DNA from: Mobula hypostoma
Lineage: Eukaryota
Length of the DNA: 64,000 nucleotides
Direction: 5' to 3'
Assembly: GCF_963921235.1 (NCBI RefSeq)
Contig: NC_086097.1
Coordinates: forward strand, 61,940,001 to 62,004,000
Part shown: positions 26,540 through 39,486 of the stretch, piece after piece
Position numbering within the stretch: position 1 is the first letter of the stretch
Layout: every line of letters begins with the position of its first letter
Program-made: the position numbers and the translations under genes
The notes under the pieces: model-generated
Told to the model about the DNA's origin: nothing
The model's input: the letters and a program-made list of their open reading frames with translations, nothing else
Databases searched by the model: none

Positions 26540-27815
26540 GTATTAGAGAGGTGAGAGTGGATATCGGACTGCTGAAGGATGATGCTGGAGAGGTAGTAAT
26601 GGGGGAGAACAGTGGAGTATTTTGCATCAGTCTTCACTATGGTGGCCACTAGCAAGATGGTGGAAGTTCCAGGTGTCAGGGGGCATGAAGTGTGTGAAGT
26701 TACCATAAATAGAGAGAAGGTTCTTGGGAAACTAAAAGATCTGAAGGTAGATAGGTCACCTGGACCAGATGGTATACACCCCAGAGTTGTGAAAGAAGTG
26801 GCTGAAGATATCGTACAGGCATTATATTGATCATTCAAGAATAACTAGATTCTAGAATGGTTCTGGAAGACTGGAAAATTGCAAGTGTCACTCCACTCTT
26901 CAAGAGGGGAAGGAGCCAGAAGAAACAAAATTATAAGTCATTTAGCCTGACATCAATGGTTGGGAAGATGTTGGTCTAGATTGTTAAGAGTGATGTTTTG
27001 GGGTACTTGGAGGCACATGATGAAATAAGCCAAAGTCAGCATGGTTGTCTTTAGGGGAAATCTTAGCTGACAAACCTGCTGGAATTCTTTGAAGAAGTAA
27101 CAAGCAGGATAGACAAAGGCGAATCAATTGATGTTACGTATTTGGATTTTCAGAAGGCCTTTGACAAAGTGCCACAAATGAAGCCACTGAACAAATTATG
27201 CACCAATAGTATTACAGGAAAGATTCCAGCATGGATAAAGCAGTGGCTGATTGGCAAAAGGCAAAGAGTAGGAACAAAGGGAGTATTTTCTGACTGGCTA
27301 CTGATGACTTGTGGTGTTGCACAGAGGTCTGTGTTAGGACCAATTCTTTTTACATTATATGTCAATGATTTGGATTATGGAATTGATGACTTTATTTCAA
27401 AGTCTGAAGATACATGGAGGGGCAGGTAGGTTTCAGGAAGTAGAGAGGTTACAGAAGGACTTAGACAGAATAGGAGAATGAGCAAATAAATAGATAGATG
27501 GATAGATACTTTATTGATCCCAAAGGAAATTACAATGTCACAGTAGCAGTACAAGTGCAGAGATTATAAATATTAGAAGAGAAGTAGAAAGGATTAAAAA
27601 AGTTACCGCAAACAGTCTAATAGGAGGGGGATCATCACGTCCCTGGCTATCGGTTAACTCATTTTAAGCCTAACGGCTGAGGGTAAGAATGACCTCAGAT
27701 AGTGCTCATAACGGCAGATGGAAGACAGTGTCGGGAAGTATATCGTCATGTACTTTGATAGAAGAAATAAAAGGGTTACCTATCCTCTAAGTGGAGAGAA
27801 AATACAAAAAAACTG
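26540..27815 (+). mobile_element. Decayed CR1 ORF2 with a minus-strand LINE tail inserted at about 27490-27710
   Basis: SPGPDGIHPRV and DFQKAFDKVP (ORFs 26612-26830, 27142-27429); (GATA)n tail at the insertion. Confidence 0.8.
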
Positions 27816-28761
27816 AATTATTTTATTTTACAGTCAATCCTAGTCCATTCAACTTACATTTGTATGTTGCCAGACCCACTTCCTTCATGTGCATTCTTTT
27901 TATATGATGGCTTAGAATATCATGAACAAATAGAGTTAATAGCCCATATTCTGAAAAAAGCAGTTTGTTCTGTCCCAGAAACAGAAATCTCTTGGTTAGT
28001 AATTAGTATGTGATAAGCACCATTTCCTTTACTAGGATTCTGACGGATTCAACAATTGTAAGTTATTTACAATACTTACAGGAAAAACCTGAAACTAATT
28101 AGGAGTAAAATAATTATCAGAGTGAAGGAAAAAAATATTGTGAGCAATTAAATCAAAATTCAATCAGGTGTAAGCATTCTCATTTACAAAAAAACAATGA
28201 TTGTCCAACTGAAGGAAACTCTGCCATCGCTGAAAATGAATTTGGTGATAATAGACTCCACACATAGCATCAGATAGTAACACCAGCAGAGAGTCAGCAC
28301 TAATGGATACGATTAATAATAGAAGGTTCAGCTGCTGTCTATAGTGAAGAAACTGCTTGGATAAGATTTTTATAATTAGAGTTTCAATGCATCTGATAGA
28401 ATCTCAGCTTAGCTCACTTGGTAATACTCACAGCCCTGAGCAGGTGTGTGTGTATCTCAGGCCACATTCCAATACTACTCTATCAGAATAGCTATCATCT
28501 GGATGAAACATTAAGATCTCTCCTGGTGGATCAGTAAGATGTAAACAATTTGATCACAGTTTAAAGAAAAGCTGATTTTTTTCCATGAGACGCCTAAAAC
28601 AATGTAGGTGCCTTCGTCTAGTTCCTTTTCAGCATCTGTTAAGTGACTAACTTGCCCTACGTGCAATTTTTGTAAGATTACATCATCTAGCGATGATTAA
28701 TTTTATCTTGAATTTATACCTAATACTTTTATCCTTATGACATGCTTTGGCCATTGTTTTC

Positions 28762-29135
28762 ATAGTTACTGAGCTGTACAGCACAAAGACAGGCCCTTTG
28801 GCCGTATCTGCAGCCAGACCCCATAGTGTTCCATATTCCTCTCAACTATATACCTATTCAAGTTTTCCTTAACTGTTACAATTAAACCCACATCTACCAC
28901 TACCAGTTTTTTCCACGTTTGCAACACCTTAAACCTATGACCTCTAGTTCTAGGTTCAACCAACTTTAGAGGAACATTACCACACGCATTCACCGTATTA
29001 TATACCCTCATAATTTTATGTAGCTCTGTAAGACCTCCCCTCACTCTCCTGCGCTGCAAGGAATAAAGTCCTAACCTATTCAACTATTCCTTATAAATCA
29101 AGTCCTTTAGTCCCAGCAACATTTCTCTGTACTCT
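28762..29135 (-). mobile_element. Old CR1 3' end
   Basis: ORF 28766-29083 LGLYSLQRRRVRG..RTRGH. Confidence 0.8.
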
Positions 29136-29391
29136 TTCAAGATTTCCTATCAGTAGTTGACCAGCATATTCACAATATTCTCTTACATTCATCATGCCTT
29201 TTAGAATTGTAATATCTTCCCTATATTCTTCCAATTATAACTTCTATTTTAGGCATTTCACCAAAGGATTTATGGTGCTCTGTGTCCGATGGTGAGCTTG
29301 GAGTTACACCTACTACCAAGACCCTGTTGTGATCATGAACAATATTCCTGATATGAGATACATGAGAATTCAAGAAGCCAGCAGTAGTCTG

Positions 29392-31760
29392 CAGTCAAAG
29401 TCAAGTCAATATAAATTTATTATCAAGGTACATTTACAGAATGTTATCATATACTACCGTGAGATTTATTTTCTTGCAGGCATTTAAAGGAAAATAAAGA
29501 AAAACGAAAGAATTTATAAAAAACTACTGTATATATAGATAAAAATTGACAAAAAACTAATGTGCAAAAGAAGATAAATTGTAGAAGTAAGAAAAATTAA
29601 TACTGTGAACTACTGTAGAGTCCTTGAAAGTTAGTCTGTAGGTTGTGCAGTCAGTTCAGAGTTGTGGTGAGTGAGGTTTTTCATGCTGATTAGTAACTGA
29701 TAAGTCAGTAACTTTAAATTCCTGGGTGTCACTACCTCAGTGGACTTGTCCTGGACCCATCATATAAATATTATTGCGAAGAAAGCAGGGCAGCACCTCT
29801 ACTTCCTCAGGAGTCTGTGAAGGTTCAGCATGACATTGAGAGTCCTGGCAAACTTCTGCAGATGTGTGGTGAAAAGTGTGCTGACTAGCTGTATTACAGC
29901 CTGGAATGGGAGTACTGATGCCTTCGAATGGAAAATCCTTCAAAGGTAGTGGATTTGGCCCGGTACATCACAGGCAAAGCCCTCCCAGCTATTGAGCACT
30001 TGTAAATGAATCATTGCCATAGAAAAGCAGCATCCATCATCAAAGATCCTCACAACCCAGGCCATGCTCTTTTCTCACTGCAGTCAACAGGTAAAAGGTA
30101 CAGGTGCCTCAGGACTTGCACCACCACGTTCAAGACTAGTTATTACCCCTCAACCACCAGGCTCTTGAACAAAAGGGGAGAGCTATACTCATTTAAGGAC
30201 TCTGTTTTATTGTTACTTCATGCTCATTATTTATTGTTATTTATTATATCTGCATTTGCACAGTTTATTTAAAGTTAACATGCCCTGATGTTTACTACAT
30301 GTATGCACTCTGATAATAAAGTTTACTTTGAACTTTGACCTAGAAGCCTGATGGTTGTCGGGTAATAAGTGTTTCTGATCTTAGTGGTGTGAAACCTAAG
30401 GCTGATGTACCTTCCGACTAATGGTAGTAGCAAAATGATAGTTTTGAGCATGGCCTGGATGATGGGGGTCCTTGATAATGGATGCTGCTTCCTTGTGTCA
30501 ATGCTTCATGCAAATATGCTTAGTGGTAGGGTGGATGCTTGTAAGGGACTGGGCTGTATCCACTACTTCTGTAGACTTTTCCTTCTCAGGGCATTGGTGT
30601 TTCTATATCAGTTAGAATATTTTCCATTATGTAACTTATAGAAGTTTGTTAAAGTTTTAGGTGACACAATGACTTTCTGCTAATTTCTAAGAAAATAGAG
30701 GTCCTTTCATGTCTTCTTTATGATGGCATTTGACGGAGCATATCGTTGTGAAGAGTAAGTCAAAAAAGAACCTCAGAAGTATCAGAAGTCAAATCAGGTG
30801 TATTTTATTGTCAGTTTATTTACATGTATAATAGAAATATGTGAAAATGAGACAACATTTCTCCGAAACTGTGTGTATAGCTCAGTAGTACGCATAACAG
30901 ACAATTTATGAAAGCAAGAATAAAATCTGCACATGGATCATACATAAATAAAAATTAAAGTGCATTAATATTAAATATTGTAAGATACAGAATAGATTAA
31001 CCAGTGACACTTTGAATACTACGCATGAGGGAGTTTAGAAGCCTGATGGCCTGGGGGAAGAAACTGTTTCTCATCCTGACCTTTCTTGTTTTTATGCTTC
31101 GTAGTCTCCTGCCTGATGGTAGGAAGTCAAAGAGGATACTTGACGGTTGGTGGGATTCTTAATAATACTGAGGGCCCTGTGTATACAGCACTCCTGATAA
31201 ATGTCCTCAATGGATGGCAGGGAGAGCCCTATGATCATCTTAGCGGTTCTTACAGTTCTTTGTAGGGACTTCTAGTCTGAAGCTCGACTGCTCCCATACC
31301 GTATGGAGATGCAACTTGTCAGGATGCTCTCAATTGTGCTTCTGTAAAACACATTTGAGATGGGGAGGTAGGAGCCTTGCTTTTCTCAGTCTTCTTAGAA
31401 AGTGGCGGCGCTACTGTGCCTTCCTGTTCAGGAAGGTGATACTGAGGGACGAGGCAAGATCATCCATGATGTGAACTCCCAGGAGGAGCCATGTATTCAC
31501 AGAGGAGAATGGGTTTGTCTGCACCTTCCTGAAGTCCACAATGATTCCCTTCGTCTTCTCCACATTCAGGCTTAGGTTGTTCTTCCCACACAAATCCACC
31601 AGCCGCTCCACTTCCTCTCTGTACTCCGTCTCATCATCATCCTCAATAAGGCCAACTACGGTGTGTCATCTGCAAACTTGGTGACATGGTTTGAGCTGGA
31701 TCCTGCGACACAGTCATGTGTCGGCAGTGAGAACAGCAGTGGGCTGAGCACACAGACTTG
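29392..31760. mobile_element. Cluster of Rex1/Babar-type LINE 3' fragments (about 29392-29690 and 30340-30730 minus; 29700-30337 plus; 30775-31760 minus)
   Basis: IIKDPHNPGHALFSL, NNLSLNVEKTKGIIVDFRK motifs; short tandem tails (agtca, ctttga, agaagt). Confidence 0.75.
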
Positions 31761-32602
31761 GGACAATGATACGAACAAGTAAAAGAGCTGAAAAGCCTAA
31801 AGCCCAGTAGAAATTGTTACATTCATTGACTCGGATCATTTTCCTGTTAGGTTTCTGGATCCGTTGTGAATGGACAGTTCCTCCTCTGGAAAACTCAGGA
31901 GGCTTATTTCCTCTGTTCCAGTTATAATACAAATCTAGCAATCAACCTAGTGAACTTCCTCACTCTGCCACCAAAGCAAGCACATCATGCCTCAAGTTTG
32001 GAGGCTCATACTTTATGCAATACTCCAAATGCTGTCTCACTAGAACCCTGCAAATTACATTAATATCCTAAATTCCTCAGAATAAAGGGCAATGTAGCAT
32101 TAAACCTTCCCAGCTACTTGCCAAACCTGCAGGCTGATCCAGTTTCATTTACTAGGGCACACAGACACTCTAAAAAAAAGTTATCCCAATCTACTTAGAG
32201 TATTACTTCCTATAGTATATCATTCTTTCTTCCAAAGTGAATAAACTTATATTTTCATATGTTATGCTCCTTTGGTCAACCTCTTGCCACTCCTCTATAC
32301 CTGCATCCTTTTCCAGTCTCTTATGTTTATTCCTGACAACTTGCCAACCCACCTTTTTTTTATAATCTGCAGATTTGGCTACAAAACACTTGGCCTTTTC
32401 ATCCAAGAAACCAATATAGATTATACATAGTAGAGACTGCAGCACTAATCTTTATGGCTCCCCACTAGTTATTGACTGCCGGTCCAAAAATGGTCCTTTA
32501 TAATTGACAACAGGAATTCTGCAGATGCTGGAAATTCAAGCAACACACATCAAAGTTGCTGGTGAACGCAGCAGGCCAGGCAGCATCTGTAGGAAGAGGT
32601 GC

Positions 32603-32638
32603 AGTCGACGTTTCAGGCCGAGACCCTTCGTCAGGACT
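32603..32638 (-). ncRNA. Minimal type-I hammerhead ribozyme motif
   Basis: AGUC-CUGACGA-AGGGUCUCGGCCU-GAAA-CG-UC/GACU. Confidence 0.82.
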
Positions 32639-33243
32639 AACTGAAGGAAGAGTGAGTAAGGGATACTGTCCGGTGCTCCCAATGTGGCCTTTTATATATT
32701 GGCAAGACCTGACGCAGACTGGGAGACCGCTTTGCTGAACATCTACGCTCTGTCCGCCAGAGAAAGCAGGATCTCCCAGTGGCCACACATTTTAATTCCA
32801 CATCCCATTCCCATTCTGACATATCTATCCACGGCCTCCTCTACTGTAAAGATGAAGCCACACTCAGGTTGGAGGAACAACACCTTATATTCCGTCTGGG
32901 TAGCCTCCAACCTGATGGCATGAACATCGACTTCTCTAACTTCCGCTAAGGCCCCACCTCCCCCTCGTACCCCAAGTGTTACTTATTTTTATGTACACAT
33001 TCTTTCTCTCACTCTCCTTTTTCTCCCTCTGTCCCTCTGAATATACCTCTTGCCCATCCTCTGGGTCACCCCTCCCCCGTCTTTCTTCCCGGACCTCCTG
33101 TCCCATGATCCTCTCGTATCCCCTTTTGCCTATCACCTGTCCAGCTCTTGGCTCCATCCCTCCCCCTCCTGTCTTCTCCTATCATTTTGCATCTCCCCCT
33201 CCCCCTCCAACTTTCAAATCCCTTACTCACTCTTCCTTCGGTT

Positions 33244-33279
33244 AGCCCTGACGAAGGGTCTCGGCCTGAAACGTCGACT
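33244..33279 (+). ncRNA. Hammerhead ribozyme motif with one stem-I mismatch
   Basis: AGCC-CUGACGA-AGGGUCUCGGCCU-GAAA-CG-UC/GACU. Confidence 0.7.
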
Positions 33280-33587
33280 GCACCTCTTTCTACAGATGCT
33301 GCCTGGCCTGCTGCGTTCACCAGCAACTTTGATGTGTGTTGCTTTATAATTGACTCTCTTTTTGCAGTTAGCTACTTCCCATCACTATTATCCCATGTAG
33401 TAGCCTATTATAAGGCACTTTATTGAACGCCTTCAAGAAATCCAAATACTCTAAGTCTGCTGAATCCTCTTTATCCCTTTAGGTAAAGAGCTGTAACGAA
33501 TTTCTCAAACATAAAAGCACACTATTCTGCTTGATTATCTTATGATTTACTGAATGTTTTGCTTTTAACTCCTTTATACTGAATCCT

Positions 33588-33840
33588 GACCCGGCTGGTA
33601 GCATAGTTTCATCAGCGCTGGACTGCAGGGTGGGAGGTCCCGAGTTCGAATCCAACTGGCTCCACCGCACGATTTTCATCTGTGCTGGGTTAATAGCTGG
33701 TGATCTCTTTGAAAAACTCACCCAGCAGAAGGCAGAAAACCACTGCTATAACTTGCCTCATACGCGATTTCCCACTAAGTCAGAGTGGCGCGGGGGGAAG
33801 TCGTCCACTAACTGGAAAAATTCCGGATGCGATGCACCTT
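33588..33840 (+). mobile_element. Full-length tRNA-derived SINE with 18-bp TSD
   Basis: A box-like tggtagcatagtt, B box gagttcgaatcc; tcctttaYactgaatcct at 33570-33587 and 33841-33858. Confidence 0.85.
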
Positions 33841-34331
33841 TCCTTTACACTGAATCCTATTAATTTCCAGTTACAGAATTTAGACCAACTGGCTTATGGT
33901 TTCCTCCTTTCTGTCTCATTGTTTTCTCAGCTGTTTGATATTTGTAGCCTTCAAATCCTTTTGGTCTGGCTCATCAAGTCCACTATGGAGAAAGAGGAGA
34001 TTTTCTGACTGATCCCCCTTACCAGCACTCAGTCCAAAGCTTGACAAGTTATGTCCCATTTTGTGAAAATCCTGGTGCTTTTAAAATATTGATGGTTTCT
34101 ATCTCCACCATTTTGTCAGATAGTAAACTTCACTTGAGTATAGTTAAACCAACTTAATCTACTTAAACGGACTACACTTTTGGTAAAAATATTTTTTTTT
34201 CCTCAGTTCTGCGTTAATCCTATTTACTGAAATCTATGCCTCTGCCAAAGTGAAATATATACTTCTTGATCGCCTTACCTAGGAAATAGGTACATTCATC
34301 TTAGTTTAGTTAAGGTGACAGGAAATTAACT

Positions 34332-34940
34332 AGAATCAGAATCAGAATCAGGTTGATTATGACTGATGTATGTTGTGAAATGTGTTGCTTTGCTGCAATG
34401 GAACAGTGCAATACATTAAAAATGATTCTACATTACAAAAAGAAATTTACAAAAGTAAATAAGTATTGCAAAAAGATAGCAAGATGTGAGGTGGTGTTCG
34501 TGGGTTCACTGTCCATTTAGAAATGTGATGGTGGAGGGAAAGGCGCTCTTCCTGAACAGATGAGTTCCAGGCTTGCCTCTCTGAAGGTAGCAATAAGAAA
34601 AGAGCATGCCCTGCATTGTGAAAGTCCTTCATGGTGGATGCTGCCTTCTTGAGGTGTTTCCTATTGAAGATGTCTCCATGCTGAGGAGGCTAGTGCCCAT
34701 GATGGAGCTGGCTGAGTTTCCAGTCTTCTGCAGCTTTTTACATTCCTGTCCATTTGTGCCTCCATAGGAGACAGTGATCCAACCAGTCAAAATGTGCTCC
34801 ATGGTACAGCTATATTAATTTGCTAGTTTTTGCTGACATACCAAATCTTAAACTCCTAATGAAACATTGTCACTGATGTGCCTTCTTCATAATTGCATCA
34901 ATATGTTGGGCCCAGGACAGATGACCGGAGATGTTGATAC
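34332..34940 (-). mobile_element. Rex1/Babar-type LINE 3' fragment
   Basis: (AGAATC)3 tail; GHALFLLLPS (ORF 34447-34632). Confidence 0.7.
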
Positions 34941-34999
34941 CTATTATTTACTGACAGAGGTGACATGTAAAAGAGAGATAAGTTGCACTTGAACCAGAG

Positions 35000-36945
35000 A
35001 GAGGCTGATATTTTTGAAGGGAAGTTTGCTCGTGCTGCATGGGAGGGTTTAGGCTAGATTTGTGTGGGGTGGGTGGGATCAATGTTTTGGGATAAAGCAG
35101 TAGCTTGCGTGAGTAAGTTTAAGCACTCAGGACAGCCAGGGGCACAGTAAAGCGAGTGAAAGGAATACTCAGTTAAACTGCATTTATTCAATGCATGAGG
35201 TTTAATCGTAAGGCAGACAAACTGAGGCCATGTATTGGCTCTGCTGACTGGGATGTTAGCTGTAACAGACGCATGGCTGAGATTGGCAGCATAGAGTTCC
35301 GGGATACAAATGCCGCACAAGTGATAGAGGTACAGGTAAGCAAGGAAAAAATTTTGCCTTTTTGACAAGAGCAGTGCTTAGAGTTAACATTCTTGGAATA
35401 TCATCCTGTGAGGCCATATAGATAGAACAAATGCACAAGAAGGGGAAGGTTAGAGATCAGTTAGGCTGCCTATGTCTTGAGCCAAAGCAAATGAGTGGGA
35501 TTTTTAAATGATATTTTCCCCTTGGTGTTTACCAAAGAGAAAATCAAAGTTGTTCAAGAGAAAAAGGATACAAGTGGAGAACTTTTGGAGGGTATTTGTA
35601 CTAGTAAGGAGGAGGTATTTGCAACCTAGTAGTGCATAAAAATTGATAAATCCTCACAACCTGAATGAATATATACATGAACTTCGTGGGAGGCTGGAAA
35701 AAAAATTGCAGAGGCCCTTGCAGAGATAGTTGCTTTATTGTTATCTACTTGCAAAGTTCACAAAGGCTTGAAGGTGGCTAAAGTTGTTCTGTAATTTAAC
35801 AAGGGCAGCAAAAACAATGTCAGACTGACATTAGTGTTAGACAAGCTACTGGAGGGAATTCAGAAGGACGGGAACAATAAGCATTTGGATAGACAGAGTC
35901 TGATTAGGAGGAATCAGCCTGGCTTCGTGCATGGAAAAATCATGCTTGATGAATCTTTTGGATTCAGTTGAAGTAGTATCTAAAGGGGTAGATGGGGGAA
36001 GGACAGTTATCTACTTGGATGTTAGTAAGGCCTTTGACAATGTTCCACATGGCAGGAATGTCTGGAGGGTTCGGTCCGATGGTATTCAAGGAGAGCTAGT
36101 TTAGTGGATTCAAAATTTGATCAGAGATAGCAAGCAGAGGGCAGCCATTGAAGTTTGTTTCTCAGAGTGGACACTGGTGAGCGGTGGTGAGACTCTTTTT
36201 TATTTGTTTTGTTATTGTGCACACTGGGCTTCTTCAGTCAGGGCATTGAGTATGAGTTAGGACATGGTGTTGCAGTTTTATAAATTGTTGGTGACGCTTC
36301 ATTTGGAGTATTCCATATACTTTTGGTCACCCTGCTACAGGAGAGATACTGTGTGGTTGAACTGGAAAGAGTGCAGAAAATATCTAAAAGGATTCTGCCA
36401 GAACTTGGAGTTGGCCAGCCTAGATAAGGACGTTAATTACATTCTTTACTCCAGGGTAGGGGAATCTGAAGCTAGGGTCATAAATTTAGGGTGAAAGGGA
36501 AGAACATTTAAATCAGACTCTGTCTATCCAAATGCTTATTGTTCCCGTCCTTCTGAATTCCCTCCAGTAGCTTCTCTAACACTAATGTCAGTCTGACATT
36601 GTTTCTGGTGCCCTTGTTAAATTACAGAACAACTTTAGCCACCTTCAAGCCTTTGTGAACTTTGCAAGTAGATAACAATAAAGCAACTATCTCTGCAAGG
36701 GCCTCTGCGATTTTTTAAAAAGGACCTCTGGGTCCACGTTTTCATCCAGAGGATGTGAGTATATGAAATGAAATGAAGTGGTTGAGGTAGGTATAATAGA
36801 TCATTTAAGAGGTACTTGGATAGGTACATGGAGTGGGGAAGCCTGAATGGATATGGACTGAGTGAAGGAAATTGGGACCAGCTGCATAGACAATATGGTT
36901 AGCATGGACTTGTTAAGCCAAAGAGTCGGTATCTGTGCTGTCTGC
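35000..36945 (+). mobile_element. Very decayed CR1 containing a 206-bp inverted self-copy
   Basis: APE and RT remnants (YLDVSKAFD near 36010; LHLEYSIYFWSP in ORF 36264-36494). Confidence 0.75.
36511..36716 (-). repeat. Inverted duplicate of 35700-35905
   Basis: Reverse complement matches with about 4 mismatches in 206 bp. Confidence 0.95.
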
Positions 36946-37452
36946 TTTATGGCAGCAAAGCTGTTTCAATTAGTGCCATCTTCCACTTCTCCGCTCTAAA
37001 GTATCACACTTACCCGCAAAACTAATCCATACCTTCACTCTGCAATGCTAATCACACTACTGATCTTGCGTTACTCTACCACGCGTTGCTCTCCGCTGGA
37101 TAAGGCCACTGCTCCTTTGCTTGTCTCTTTTTACATTGTCTGGAAAGTTCAGTGCAAGTATTCATGGACATCTCAGCCACCCTAGCTCATCTTCTACCAC
37201 TACTCTTTCTTCCTTACCAACCTTACACATTCTGTCCTGCTTTGCCCATTGTAATATATTCCCATTGATATCAATGATGAAGTTCACAGAAGAGCATTAT
37301 GTTGCTAAACGTATAGTGACAAGTTGCTCCCAGATGAAGTCTGGCATGAATTGCCTCACACCACATACATTCCTCCTAAATCTTCCCAGCAATGACAGTG
37401 TTATATTTGCAATTAAGACCTGTACGTATCTTGCAGGATTCCAAGATATATA

Positions 37453-38328
37453 AACATAGAACATAGAATAGTACAGCACAGTACAGGCCCTTCGGCCCAC
37501 AATGCTGTGCCGACCCTCAAACCCTGCCTCCCATATAAGCCCCCACCTTCGATTCCTCCATATACCTGTCTAGTAGTCTCTTAAACTTCACGAGTGTATC
37601 TGCCTCCACCACTAACTCAGGTAGTGCATTCCACGCACAAACCACTCTCTGAGTAAAAAACCTTCCTCTAATATCTCCCTTGAACTTCCCACCCCTTACC
37701 TTAAAGCTGTGTCCTCTTGTATTGAGCAGTGGTGTCCTGGGGAAGAGGCGCTGGCTATCCACTCTATCTATTCCTCTTATTATCTTGTACACCTCTATCA
37801 TGTCTCCTCTCATCCTCCTTCTCTCCAAAGAGTAAAGCCCTAGCTCCCTTAATCACTGATCATAATGCATACTCTCTAAACCAGGCAGCATCCTGGTAAA
37901 TCTCCTCTGTACCCTTTCCAATGCTTCCACATCCTTCCTATAGTGAGGCGACAGGAACTGTGGCCTAACCAGAGTTTTATAGAGCTGCATCATTACATCG
38001 CGACTCTTAAACGCTATCCCTCAACTTATGAAAGCTAACACCCCATAAGCTTTCTTAACTACCCTATCCACCTTTGAGGCAACTTTCAGGGATCTGTGGA
38101 CATGTACCCCCAGATCCCTCTGCTCCTCCACACTACCAAGTACCCTGCCATTTACTTTGTACTCTGCCTTGGAGTTTGTCCTTCCAAAGTGTACCACCTC
38201 ACACTTCTCCGGGTTGAACTCCATCTGCCATTTCTCAGCCCACTTCTGCATCCTATTAAAGTCTCTCTGCAATCTTTGACAATCCTCTGTACTACCTACA
38301 ACACCACCAACCTTTGTGTCATCTGCAA
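37453..38328 (-). mobile_element. CR1 subfamily A 3' fragment
   Basis: Near-identical to about 310-1200, with a small internal deletion near 37960. Confidence 0.95.
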
Positions 38329-38703
38329 AATATAATTTTCACTTTTACTTTTAGTGGCTTGCAAGATCCTCACATCATACCATTTAGCCATTATGCTAAT
38401 GCTGGCTTCTAGTTCCAATCCCCCTCTCTTTATTTCTCTGCAGCTCTGCAACTTTATCTCTCCTTTACAGATGCATCAACTTCCCTTTGATTCTTCATTC
38501 AATTAATTCCACCAAAACCAATTAACCATCCAATGTGTCCCTGGGGAAATGAGGGTGGGAAACAGGTGGAGGTCCCTGTGGTCACAGGGAGAAAGTACAA
38601 CGTACCACTATGCTGTCAGTGAAGCCCTGGTCCATTTGCCATGGGCATTTTTGAGATCACTGATTTGCATTTTAGGGACTGAGAGATATTAACTGAACTT
38701 TAC

Positions 38704-38888
38704 CTGAAGGCCCTAAACCCATTCGGATGGAGTTCCAACAGAAAACTAACGAAGTGGCTTTTCTCCCTGCAGTGTCGTTAGAGTTTGCCTTAGTCACAAA
38801 AATGAAAGTGTACTGACTCATTATGCTAATCAAATTTCCCACCAGCATGATTTGTGAGAGGTTTTCACAACATCCAAGCAATGACACC
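38704..38888 (-). other. Candidate spliced exon
   Basis: Acceptor tttgtgttaatctgttttcctcag, donor CAG|gtaaag; one open frame with no recognisable product. Confidence 0.35.
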
Positions 38889-39486
38889 CTGAGGAAAACA
38901 GATTAACACAAATGAGAATGATTGACGTGATTGAGAGATATTGTGGTGACAAGATTGAAAGGAACTGTTATGACTGTTAGCAATGAGCCATGATCAATAA
39001 AAACATTTTGTACCAAAACTTCAATATAAATAGAGCAGTGTAAAGCAATAATGTTGATCATTAAGCTTCTCCTAAGCCTAAAAATTATTTCTACTGTATA
39101 AGATCATAAGATATAGGCACAGAATTAGGCCATTTTACCCATCAAGTCTTCTCTGACATTTCATCATGGCTGATTCAGTTTTCCTTTCAGCCCCAATACC
39201 CTGCCTTCCCCCCATATCCCTTCATACCCTGACCAATCAAGAATCTATAAACCCCTGCCTTAAATATGCATAAAGACTTAGCCTCCACAGCTGCCAGTGG
39301 TAAAGAATTCCACTGATTCACCACTCTCTGGCTAAAAAAAAATCTTCCTCAACTCCATTCTAAAAGGATATCCCTTTATTCTGAGGCTATGTCCTCAGGT
39401 CTTAGACAGAGGGTACTGATCTGAGCCGACATTTACGTGCCGGGCAGCACTTAATTAATTAGCTTGTTTACTTTGGCTTTTTTCTT

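Larger units (their letters stand above)
32509..33341 (+). mobile_element. Penelope-like element: inverted terminal copy (32509-32664), GIY-YIG endonuclease remnant, terminal repeat; about 13-bp TSD; inserted in an old CR1
   Basis: Manual translation from about 32671: RCSQCGLLYIGKT*RRLGDRFAEHLRSV...LGSLQPDGMNIDFSNFR*; ctttataattgac at 32496-32508 and 33342-33354. Confidence 0.92.

Noticed and set aside
28080..28088. 9-nt minus-strand microexon (tttcag|GTTTTTCCT|gtaagt)
   Set aside because: Weak pyrimidine tract and expected by chance; no other support
33588..33665. tRNA gene
   Set aside because: No full cloverleaf; it continues into a SINE body with a TSD
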